A stretch of DNA of 64,000 nt from Dictyostelium discoideum (taxonomy: Eukaryota): positions 2,592,001 through 2,656,000 of the forward strand of contig CM000151.3 in the NCBI GenBank assembly GCA_000004695.1. The letters run 5' to 3'. A program made the position numbers and the translations under genes. The stretch's first letter is position 1. The number at the start of each line of letters is the position of its first letter. Below are positions 50,411-64,000 of this stretch, in pieces. The notes under the pieces are model-generated. The model ran no database searches. It was not told the origin of the DNA and saw only the letters and a program-made list of their open reading frames with translations.

Positions 50411-50762
50411 AAAAAAAAAAAAAAAAAAAACAGAACTACCATTAAAGTTAATTTAAATGTATATAAAAAAAAAAAAAATTTTAAAAAAAAAACTGTAAAT
50501 AAAAAAAAAAAAAAAAAAACAAAAAAAAACATAAACTTAACCTAAAAACAAACAAAAATAAAAATATTTTCATATATATACACACACCAAATCTATTTTA
50601 AAATTTTAATTCTTTTTTTAGAAAAACCATATTTTTGATAACCACTGTTATTCAATTTTAAAAATTGTAAATTGAATAATCAATTTTAAAAAGTAATTTA
50701 TTGTTTTCGTATGTTTTATTTATTTATTTATTTATTTATTTATTTCTGTATATATATTTTAT

Positions 50763-50899
50763 TTAATTTTTAGGTTGATCCAATGGAATATAAGATTTTG
50801 GGTGAAGATTTGATACAGTATTTTTACTATGATCTACTAATACTTTGAAACTAAATGGTTCTGAAACTGCTAATTCTGATAAAATCTAAATTATTTTAA

Positions 50900-50939
<40 letters not shown>

Positions 50940-51257
50940 TATAATATTAGTATTAATATTAATTTTCTGTTTGTGAAAAAAAAAAAAACCACCAATTGAA
51001 AATAATAGTACCTTTCTATTAATTTCAACACCACTAGCAATTAAACCTCTTTGAAAATCACTATAGGTCATTTCATGTTGACGAGCACCTGCATTTATAC
51101 GTTCAATCCACATTTTACGGAAATCTCTTTTCTTTAATTTACGTGAAACATAATTATATTCTAAACCTTTTTCAACTCTTTCTCTTGCTAAACTTTTACA
51201 ATTCTTTGATCTACCAAAAAAACCTTTTGCTAATTTAAAAACTTTATCAATATTCAT
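50763..51257 (-). CDS. Mitochondrial ribosomal protein bL20 (bacterial L20 family), 2 exons, ~122 aa
   Basis: MNIDKVFKLAKGFFGRSKNCKSLARERVEKGLEYNYVSRKLKKRDFRKMWIERINAGARQHEMTYSDFQRGLIASGVEINRK aligns with bacterial L20 (…LAKGYRGRRKN…[23 protein letters not shown]…). Exon 1 51012..51257 (donor AAG|GTAC), exon 2 50763..50885 (ILSELAVSEPFSFKVLVDHSKN…*). Confidence 0.7.
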
Positions 51258-51307
51258 TTTTCTGGTTGCACAAAAATGAAATTTATTATTATCACTCCAA
51301 TAAAACG

Positions 51308-51338
<31 letters not shown>

Positions 51339-51892
51339 AAAAAAAAAAAAAAAAAAAAAAAAAATTGGAAAAAAAAAAAAAATTTAAAAAATAAAAAAAC
51401 AAATCATTTTTTTTATTTTTTTGGCACAGAGCCAATAATATAAACTAAACAATTCCAAACTAATTTTTAACTAATTCTTAAAATAAAAAAAAAAATAAAA
51501 AAAAAAAATAAAATAAAATCTGAAATAAAATAATTTTGAATACCAAATAAATCAAAAAAAAAAAAAAATAAAATAAAATCAGAAAAAAATAATCCAATTG
51601 AATCAAAAAAAAAAAAAAAAAAAAATAAAATAAAATAAAATAAAATGAAATAAAATAAAATAAATTTGAATACCAAAAAAAAAAAAATAAAATGTCACAA
51701 AAACAAAAATTTAATAAAAAAAAAAATCAAAATGGGTTTTTCTTTTTTTTTTTTTCATAATTAAATTTTATTTTTTTTTAATTTTTTTTTTTTTTTTTTG
51801 TTTTAAATTTAATTTGTTAAAAAAAAAAAACAAATTAAACATACAAAAAAATTAAACGTACAAAAATAATTTATCAAAATTTTTAAATAAAG

Positions 51893-52512
51893 ATGCATAT
51901 GAATAATTTAATACCTGTTTCAAATTCATTTGATAGTATGAGAGCTTTATTTTTTATTAATATATATTTTATAATTTATAAATAATAATTTTAATAAATT
52001 AAAATTTTTTTTATTTTTTTATTTTTTTTACTATTTTTTTTTAATAATTTTAGGTAATGGACAAACATATTATACAATTGGTAATTATGTTGATATTTAT
52101 GAAATTACATCAATAGCATTTGGACCAAATACAATTGATATTAAAACATTTTCAATACCTTCAAATATTAAAAATGTCATTTTATTGGATGGTTTCAATC
52201 AAGAGATACCTCAAAACTATTTTCCAAACACTGTCACAACCATTATCATTCATAATATAAGTAAACCATTATCAATTGGATCATTATCAAATATTAAGAA
52301 TGTTTATTTAAAAGATGGTTTTAACCACCCACTTGAATCTGGTATCATTCCAACAAGTATTCAAAAATTATATTTATCCCCAAATTTTAATCAAAAATTA
52401 TTTTCATCTTCATCAATACCTAATTCAATTGTGCTTGAAATCTTTTATAGTGATCCTTTTGATTATACAATTTTTACTAATTTAAATATTAATAATATTA
52501 AATTATTAAAAC

Positions 52513-52517
<5 letters not shown>
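51893..52517 (+). CDS. FNIP-repeat protein (Dictyostelium-type FNIP repeats), 2 exons, ~168 aa
   Basis: Exon 1 51893..51935 (MHMNNLIPVSNSFD, donor A|GTATGA), exon 2 52054..52517. Repeated units …FGPNTIDIKTFSIPSNIKNVILLDGFNQEIPQNYFPNTVTTIII… / …LKDGFNHPLESGIIPTSIQKLYLSPNFNQKL… characteristic of FNIP repeats. Confidence 0.6.

Positions 52518-52606
<89 letters not shown>
52512..52606. repeat. (AAT)n microsatellite (~30 units, one AGT interruption) immediately 3' of the FNIP gene stop
   Basis: Direct reading. Confidence 0.9.
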
Positions 52607-53812
52607 TTAAATTATTTAAAACTAAATAAATAACATAAATAAATAAAAAATAAATAAAAAAATAAATAAAGATGTATTTTTAAAAAAAAAACAATAATAA
52701 AAACAAAATAATTATTTTAGTATATATCACATTATTTGATAAAAATAATAAAAAAATAAAAAAAATAATAAAAAAAATAAAAAAAAAAAAAAATAAAAAA
52801 AATAAAAAAAATAAATATTATTAAAATAAAAATTTAAAAACGATTGGTTTCTCGTTCTTATGAATAATTTACTTCTTTCAAAAAAAAAAAAAAAAAAATT
52901 AATTAAATTAAATTATATAGGTTACAATTTTTTAAAAGGAAGAAACCACCAATTTTTTTTTTTTATTTTGTTTTTTTTTTTTTTTTTTATTAAACAAAAA
53001 ATTAATTCAAAAAAAAAAAATTAAAAAAAAGAAAAAAAAAGAGATAAATATTTTTCAACTGTTATCTATTAATTTTTATTTAAATTTAACACCCATTTAG
53101 CTCTATAGGTAATTAATATGCATTATTTTTTTAAATTTTTTTTTATTTTTTAATTTTTTTAATTTTTTAATTTTTTATTTTTTTTAATACCAGGTGGTTA
53201 ATTATGATTATTGTTAATATTGTTATGTGCGGTAATTTATTTATTTGGTAAATTTGGAATTTCTCATATTTAAACAAACATTCGATCTTAGGAACCCCAC
53301 ATTTACCATAATAATTATTTTTTAATACTGGTATAGTGTTTGTGGTTTAATTAACTTTCATTTCATAAACACACCAAATAAACCCACCCCCAAAAACGAA
53401 AATAATTAGATTTTTTAAAAAATTTCTCAATACACCCCAAATTCAAACATTGATTTTTATAACTTTCTACTCTTTTTATTTTTTTTATTTTTATTTTTTT
53501 TTTTTTAATTTTTTATTTTTATTTCATTTTTTTAACTATTCCAATAGTAATAAACACATATTTTTATTTTATTTTATTTTTATTTTTTTTATTATTATTA
53601 TATTTCACTTTAAAAAATATTCACTTTAAATTTTTCTAACAATAATTTACCTTTTTAAAATAATTTAGTAAAAAAAAATTAAAAAAAAAAATAAAAAACA
53701 CATTAAACAATTTTTTTTTTTTTAAGGATTTCCATATTTTTCACATTTAATTTTTTTTATTATTTATTGGAAATCCTTCCTCGTTATTAAAACCTTATTA
53801 AAAATTAAATTA

Positions 53813-53969
<157 letters not shown>

Positions 53970-54002
53970 TAAAATAAAATAAAATAATAAAAATAATATT
54001 AG

Positions 54003-54032
<30 letters not shown>

Positions 54033-54035
<3 letters not shown>

Positions 54036-55664
54036 TTAATTGAATGTAGATTTTGTTTAGAAGAAATTGAAGTTGAAGATCCAATTTATGATAAAAAAGA
54101 ATTTAATTTAAATGAAAATTCAATAAAATCAAAAGATATAGAAATAGAAGAATTAGAATTTAAAGAGAAATTAAATCGAAATAGTAATGGCGGATATGTA
54201 GAATTAACACCAATTTCACAATCAAAGAGACAACGTAAGAATATTGGTAATAGATTAGTTAGACCATGTGATTGTAAAGGTACTCAAAGACATGTACATG
54301 TTAAATGTCTTTGTGAATGGATTGGTAAATGCAATAAATGGTATTGTTCAATCTGTCATAGAGTTTATAATTTATCACCACATCATTTACATTATTGTGT
54401 AATGAAATTACAAAGAAAAGGAGTTTTAAAGAATTTACCACCAATCTATTCAAATACTGAATTCTCTCGTTCAAGTTATTTTGCATTATTAATTTTTATG
54501 GGTACACTAAGTATGTTAATGTTACCTTCAACTCTACCACAACAAAATTCAAAAATTTATTATGGTGTCGACACAATTTTAAATAACCATATAAATAATA
54601 ATAACAATAATAATGGTGTTGGTAGTGGTAGTGGTGGTAGTGGAACAGGTGGTGCAACAGTAAATTCATTATTATTTAATAATTTTAATGGTGGTATAAT
54701 ATCATTTTCAAATGAGGTTAGTGGAGGTGGCATGTTTATGAATTATAATCCACTAGTTGGTATTAATGGAGATACAACCACTGCTGGTTATAATCCAGGA
54801 TTTCTAAATTCGCCATCAGTTTCTTATTATAGTTTTTATCCATCTTCTTCTTCACCATCAATTTATATATCTTCAACGGGAGGTAGCTCTTCAGCAGCAC
54901 AACTTAACTTTCATCAACATTATAATGTAAATTCAATTCAAAGTAATAATAATAAAAATAAAAATAATAATAAAAATGATAATAATGATAATAACAATAT
55001 TAATATCAAAAATAAAGGAAAAGATTTGAATGAAAAATTATTTGAAAGTGATTTTGATCAATATTTTAATAGTGATTCAGCATCAATATTTTCATCATGT
55101 AAATTAAAAAATCAAGATGAAAAGTTTAGTTCTTTTGTTTGTCATTCATCACTTTATAGTCCAAATGTATTAAATTCAAATAATAATCCAAATAATCAAC
55201 AACAAGTTAATTTTCATTTTCCAACAATAGTTCGTAGTAGTTCAACAAGTGGTGGTGGTAGTAGTAACAATAATGATGAAAGTACAGATAGTATAACAAG
55301 TGAACAGTTAAAACAACAACACAAAGTTTTATTAAAGAATTATAATTTTATTCATAATATTGAAAATTATCAACCAACCACCCCAACAACAACTACTTCT
55401 ACAATTTTACAAAATGGTGAAAATCGTTGTATTGATGAGAACGAACAACTACAACAACAAGAAACTGAACAACAACAACAATCAAAAAAATATAAATCAA
55501 CATCAAAATCACCAATTTTAAATAACTTAGGATCAGAATACCATGATGATATTCATTTACAAAATATTTACATTGCACATCAAAAATATCATCGTGTAAC
55601 AATTGCTGATTCATTTAAAAATATATTCTGTACCTTGATCCCAGTTAAAAGGTTCTGTTATTAA
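54033..55664 (+). CDS. RING-CH (MARCH-type, C4HC3) zinc-finger protein with one TM segment and a long N/S/G-rich low-complexity C-terminal region, 543 aa
   Basis: CRFCLEE…(spacer)…RPCDCKGTQRHVHVKCLCEWIGKCNKWYCSICH fits the C-x2-C…C-x-C…H-x-H-x2-C…C-x2-C spacing of RING-CH. Hydrophobic stretch YFALLIFMGTLSMLMLP. Confidence 0.6.
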
Positions 55665-55847
55665 AAATTAAAAAATATTACAATTATTTAAAAAAAAAAA
55701 AAAAAATAAAAGAAATAATTAAAAACAAATAATTTATATTTATTTTATTAATTTTATTAATTTTATTATTGTTATTATTATTAATTTTATTATTATTATT
55801 GTTTATTATTTATTATTATTTATTATTTATTATTTATTATTTATTAT

Positions 55848-59990
<4,143 letters not shown>

Positions 59991-60477
59991 TTGAAATTTT
60001 TTTTTTTTTTTTTTTTAATTAAATTGTTTTTGAAAAAATTTTATAATTTTTTTTTTTTTTTATTTTTTTTTTTTTTTGTCTAAAATTTATTTTTTTTAAA
60101 AAATGAAAAAAATAAAAAAAAATGAAAAAAAATAAAAAAATATCTTTTTTTTTTTTTATTTTAAAAATATTATTTTTATTTTTGATAAAGCCTATAATTT
60201 TCATATGACTAAAATAAAATAAAAAAAAAAGATATTTTTTTGATGATTGAAAATTTTGTGGTTTTTATTTAAAACACTTTGTTTTTTGATTGTGCCGTGA
60301 AACTATTCGTTGCAATCTCATCAATCAACCTATATTTTATTTTCTTTTATTTAAAATTAATTTTTTTTTATTTTTTTATTTTTTACACTCAAAACGGTTT
60401 AACCATGTGCACAATTTTTTTTATTTTGTTTATTATTTTTAAAATTTGATTTTTTATTTTAATAATTTTTTTTTTTT

Positions 60478-60509
<32 letters not shown>

Positions 60510-60627
60510 AATCAATCATATAAAATAAAAATAGAAATTATCTTGTACAAAAATAATTAAAAAAAAAAAAAATAAAAAAAAAAAAAAAAAAAAATTGTTT
60601 AAAAAAAAAAAAAAATAATTTCTAAAA

Positions 60628-62045
60628 ATGGAATCAACAGAATATTTTACAGGTTCAGATTCATTTGATAAATTAACATATTCATTTATGGGTTTAAGAT
60701 TAATAGCATATACATATTTTTTTATTATATGTTTTTATCAAGCATTTTTAGAAATTCTTAAAATGATTAAAAAACAATCAAAAACTACAACAAGATTTTT
60801 TGTATTTTTTTTTCAATCTTTATTTTGTATTTTAAGAACAATTCAAACAGCATTTTTCTATGATAACCACCAATTAGGTAAATTTTTTATTTTTATTTTT
60901 ATTTTTTTATTTTAAAAATTCAATCAATAATAATTCTAAACAAATTATTTTTAGGTATTGGAACACCAAATTTTTTTTTCTTTTCATTAGGTACTGCAGC
61001 AATTTTCCTTGCTTGGGTTTTTATTCAACATTATTGTAAGTAGAATCATATAGTTTTTAATTTTTTTCTTTATGTTTTAATATAATTATTAATTTTTTAT
61101 TTTTATTTTTATTTTTTAAAAAAAGGGTTACTTATTATGTATAAATTTTTTATTTCAGAAGAAGTTAGACTAAATCGAGCAAAACCAATTAATTATTCAA
61201 CATTTATTTTTGCCCTTGTTATTATAATTTATCAATTTACAGTTTCAAGTATAACCTTGCGTAAAAATATTGAAACAGCAGAGTCTGTTGGATTTTTAAT
61301 TTTACTTTTAATTTATGCATCAATAGTTTCGGTAATTAATTTTATTATTATTATTATTATTTTAGTTATTATTATTATTTTTTTAATGGTATTAATTTTA
61401 ATTATTTAATATTTTTTTTTTAAAAAGTTTAATGGTTATTATTTATTAAGACATTTAAAAAAACATAAAAAGTCAACACCATTTAGTCATTTTGATATTA
61501 TGATTTTAAAAACCAAGATTTTATTATCAACAGTTATTTTTGTAGCAGTAACAATTATCATACAAGAACTTATTTTCAATATGTATTATACAGACACTTA
61601 TGAAACACCAAGACAATATTTAAAATTATTTATTGTTGGTGTAATAGAATTTTTTCAATTGGTAAATATTTTTAATATTTTAAAAAATAAAATTAATTAC
61701 ACCAATTATAAAAAAATATTATTAATTATTAATAAAATTATTTTTTTATATTATTATTATTAGTTAGTTGTAATGTTAGTATTATCAGATGGTAAATGGA
61801 AAGTTTATGTATTATTTAAATCAATTAAAACTCATAATGATAGTTCTAGTGAAATGGAAAATTCAAATAGTAATTCTAAAGGTAAAAAGAGTTCAACATT
61901 TGATTTAGGATATAGTGGTAATACAAATTCAAATTTTAATACTTTGGAAATTTCAATTGAAATTGAAAATTCAAATAAATCTTCAACAAGTTTTAGTAAT
62001 AGCAAAAGTGATCTAATTAATTCTTCTTTAAAAGATCCAAGTTAA
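60628..62045 (+). CDS. Seven-transmembrane-segment protein (GPCR-like/7TM family, not classified), 5 exons, ~350 aa
   Basis: Exons 60628..60877, 60955..61035, 61126..61331 (acceptor aaaaag| gives TGG…, avoiding the TAA that the nearer tttcag| acceptor would create), 61428..61661, 61764..62045, all GTAAAT/GTAAGT/GTAATT donors. Seven hydrophobic helices (LIAYTYFFIICFYQAFL; FFVFFFQSLFCIL; FSLGTAAIFLAWVFI; STFIFALVIIIYQF; VGFLILLLIYASIV; ILLSTVIFVAVTIIIQELIF; LFIVGVIEFFQLLVVMLVL) and a Ser/Asn-rich cytoplasmic tail. Confidence 0.55.
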
Positions 62046-62589
62046 AATATTAAAAATAAAAAAAAAAAATTATTTATTAAATTGTAAAAATTAATTTAGA
62101 AATATAATTGTTTTCTTTTTATTTTTTTAAAGTACAACAAAAATAAAAATGTATCAGTTCTCAAATTATTTGCTATTAAAATAAAAATTTCATCGAAAGC
62201 AAATAAAAAAATAAAATTTATAAAAAAAAAATTAAATAATTTCTAAAAAAAAAAGAAAAAATTGCTTTAACTTGTTAAAAATAATAACTTTGTAATAAAG
62301 TTACTCTATAAAATTAATAGATATTAAATATGCATATTACATTACTAATTATAGTTGACACACATTTAAATAATATAATAATAATAATAATAATACTGTC
62401 AACTCATTATAAATAATATAAATACTAAAGAATAATTTTATAAACAATATTGAATATTATAAATATAAACTAATATTAAATAAAGATAACAAAGTATTAT
62501 TCAATTATATAATTATTAATTATATATTTATAAATTTTTTTTTTGAATTGGATAACGCAATTATTATTTGCTTCTCCTTGAGATGCTAG

Positions 62590-62966
62590 ATCTCATTTTA
62601 TTTTATTTTTTTTTTTTTTTTTTACAGGGTCTCTAAAAGAGGGGTTAGTTTACTTTTTTTTTTTTTTTTTTTTGTTTCGAATTTTGAATTGTATTATTAC
62701 TTTTGATTAAAACATCTTTTTTGTTCCAACTTTTTTCTAAATCTTTTTTTATTTTATCGTCTGGTTCGTGATTGATGTTTATGACGTATTTGAATTGTTT
62801 TTTTTTTAATTGAGTTTTATCCACAATTTCGCTTATTTTTTGTAGGCATTTGTGTTGCTTAATATTTGTGGTGTTGTTTGTGATTTTCATTTTATTTTCT
62901 TTCTATTTTTTATATTTTTCTTTAAAAAGTTAAAAATCTGGAAATTTTCTGATTAACTTGGGTTCC

Positions 62967-63024
<58 letters not shown>

Positions 63025-64000
63025 TTATTTATAGAAAGTACTGAGTGAATTATTGTATTTTTTGAGATGTTTAGGAAGTTCTATTGCGTGAAGAGGTGAG
63101 TTCCATTGTCTGCTAAATTGTAATAGCTTTAGCGAGATTAGTGAGTCTAATTTATTTTGTTCTTCTGGCCGTTGCTTTGATTTGATTCTTAATGTTTTGT
63201 TTATAACCGCTTGTGTCCTGTCCCATGCAGCTCTTTGTGTTTTAATTAGTTCACGTATGACTTGTTGTCTGTGAATTATTATTTCTTTTTCATCGTGAAT
63301 GAGTTTATTTCTTTTGTGCCAGATTTTATCGAATATAATAGCTATTAAATTGGCTACTAGTGCAATTTGTAGATGGTTTAAAATCTTCACATTCCAGGTG
63401 TGAGTGGTGTGTCCACACTTAGTTAGGGTGTAGTTGAAGATTTCTTGTGTGTTTTTGATGTGGGCTTTGCAGTTGAAGAATATATGTTCTGAGGTCTCAT
63501 CTTCCCCACACTGTTGGCATGGCATGTTGTATATTTTTGGTAGTGCTTTCAGTGTGTATCTCCATAATAGATCTCTACCTTTCATGTTTATTATTTTTTT
63601 GATTTCTTTAAATGGAAGGTGTTTGCTATTAATTTTGGTCATTATTTCTTTTTGGCCAGGAGTTGGTATGAATTTGTTGTGTTCAGGAGATTGAGTTGTC
63701 ATCATATCTTCGTATATTTTTTTTAATTTTGGGAGGTGTTCGTAGTGTGTTTGTTTATTTTGTGGAGTTTTTAATTGGGTCCATGCTTGCTTGCATTGCC
63801 AGTGTAGTTGTAGTTGATTTTGTTTTGTTGTTGTTTTGTTGTTGTTGTTGTTTTTGAGTTCCTCTTCCCACAGTTTTATATATGAACTAGGAGTGTTACT
63901 TACTCTTTGGTGGAGGTATCTTTCGAATAACCATGCTTTCTGTGCTAGTTCTCTTGTCTTCAGGTTCCATAAGTTTAGGCCACCATTGATATAGTTGTTT
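62590..64000 (-). mobile_element. 3' portion of a non-LTR (LINE-like) retrotransposon with multiple oligo(A) tails (possibly a TRE-type element; family not determined). Continues beyond the window end.
   Basis: Minus-strand ORF open from 64000 to 63025, ending in a Cys/His knuckle (CQQCGEDETSEHIFFNCKAH) typical of LINE ORF2 C-termini. Followed (minus sense) by A57 (plus-strand T run 62960..63022), ~310 bp carrying a short ORF (62645..62890), then A22 (62655..62680) and A20 (62596..62617). Noticeably less AT-rich than flanking DNA. Confidence 0.65.
63025..64000 (-). CDS. Retrotransposon ORF2 C-terminal region (post-RT domain plus CCHC-like zinc knuckle), 5'-truncated by the window edge
   Basis: Continuous frame …NNYINGGLNLWNLKTRELAQKAWLFERYLHQRVSNTPSSYIKLWEEELK…QLHWQCKQAWTQLKTPQNKQTHYEHLPKLKKIYEDMMTTQSPEHNKFIPTPGQKEIM…CQQCGEDETSEHIFFNCKAHIKNTQEIFNY…*. 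Hand translation shows no stop between 63705 and 64000. Confidence 0.6.
   Translation of the reverse strand, partial: NNYINGGLNLWNLKTRELAQKAWLFERYLHQRVSNTPSSYIKLWEEELKNNNNNKTTTKQNQLQLHWQCKQAWTQLKTPQNKQTHYEHLPKLKKIYEDMMTTQSPEHNKFIPTPGQKEIMTKINSKHLPFKEIKKIINMKGRDLLWRYTLKALPKIYNMPCQQCGEDETSEHIFFNCKAHIKNTQEIFNYTLTKCGHTTHTWNVKILNHLQIALVANLIAIIFDKIWHKRNKLIHDEKEIIIHRQQVIRELIKTQRAAWDRTQAVINKTLRIKSKQRPEEQNKLDSLISLKLLQFSRQWNSPLHAIELPKHLKKYNNSLSTFYK

Noticed and set aside
62050-62600. Search for a tRNA gene adjacent to the retroelement end
   Set aside because: No T-arm (GTTCGAATC/GGTTCGATTCC) or acceptor-stem complementarity recognisable by eye. Needs tRNAscan-SE to be sure.

Overview
Eukaryotic nuclear DNA, extremely AT-rich (~78-80% A+T) and gene-dense. 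Introns are short and AT-rich (GTAAGT/GTATGT...AG). Coding regions carry long (AAT)n/(CAA)n runs that encode poly-N/poly-Q. Together with an exact-from-memory match to the Dictyostelium discoideum cytosolic nucleoside diphosphate kinase, this indicates a D. discoideum chromosome segment. Gene models, several hand-spliced (splice coordinates +/-2 nt): Grp170/HYOU1-like Hsp70 chaperone (3' truncated), a ~1155-aa Q/N-rich protein, ZIP metal transporter, ndkC (3 exons), COQ10/START-like (2 exons), a 6-exon ~1400-aa type I membrane glycoprotein, a small secreted Cys-rich peptide, a ~2280-aa alpha-helical Q/N-rich protein (5 exons), secreted NHL-repeat protein, DyP-type peroxidase, HAL-family ammonia-lyase, Thr-rich repeat protein, peroxisomal (-SKL) D-amino-acid oxidase, full-size ABCG/PDR transporter (3 exons), hotdog thioesterase, tRNA-splicing endonuclease Sen34-like, MBF1 (5 exons, 104 aa), W-rich small protein, mitochondrial ribosomal protein bL20, FNIP-repeat protein, RING-CH protein, a 1380-aa hypothetical, a 5-exon 7TM protein, and the 3' part of a non-LTR retrotransposon ORF2 at the window end. 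No prokaryotic features (CRISPR, operons) are present. Many ORF-finder entries (poly-I/L/F/K/Y/M peptides) are translations of microsatellites or antisense strands. Some ORF-finder 'M' starts are actually TTG. Most interesting: a degraded ~430-bp duplicate of the 3' exon of the large glycoprotein gene lying upstream of that gene, a stack of poly(A) tails at the retroelement 3' end, a 2.2-copy 116-bp intergenic tandem repeat, two perfect palindromes in promoter regions, and an adjacent peroxidase / ammonia-lyase / H2O2-producing oxidase gene neighbourhood.
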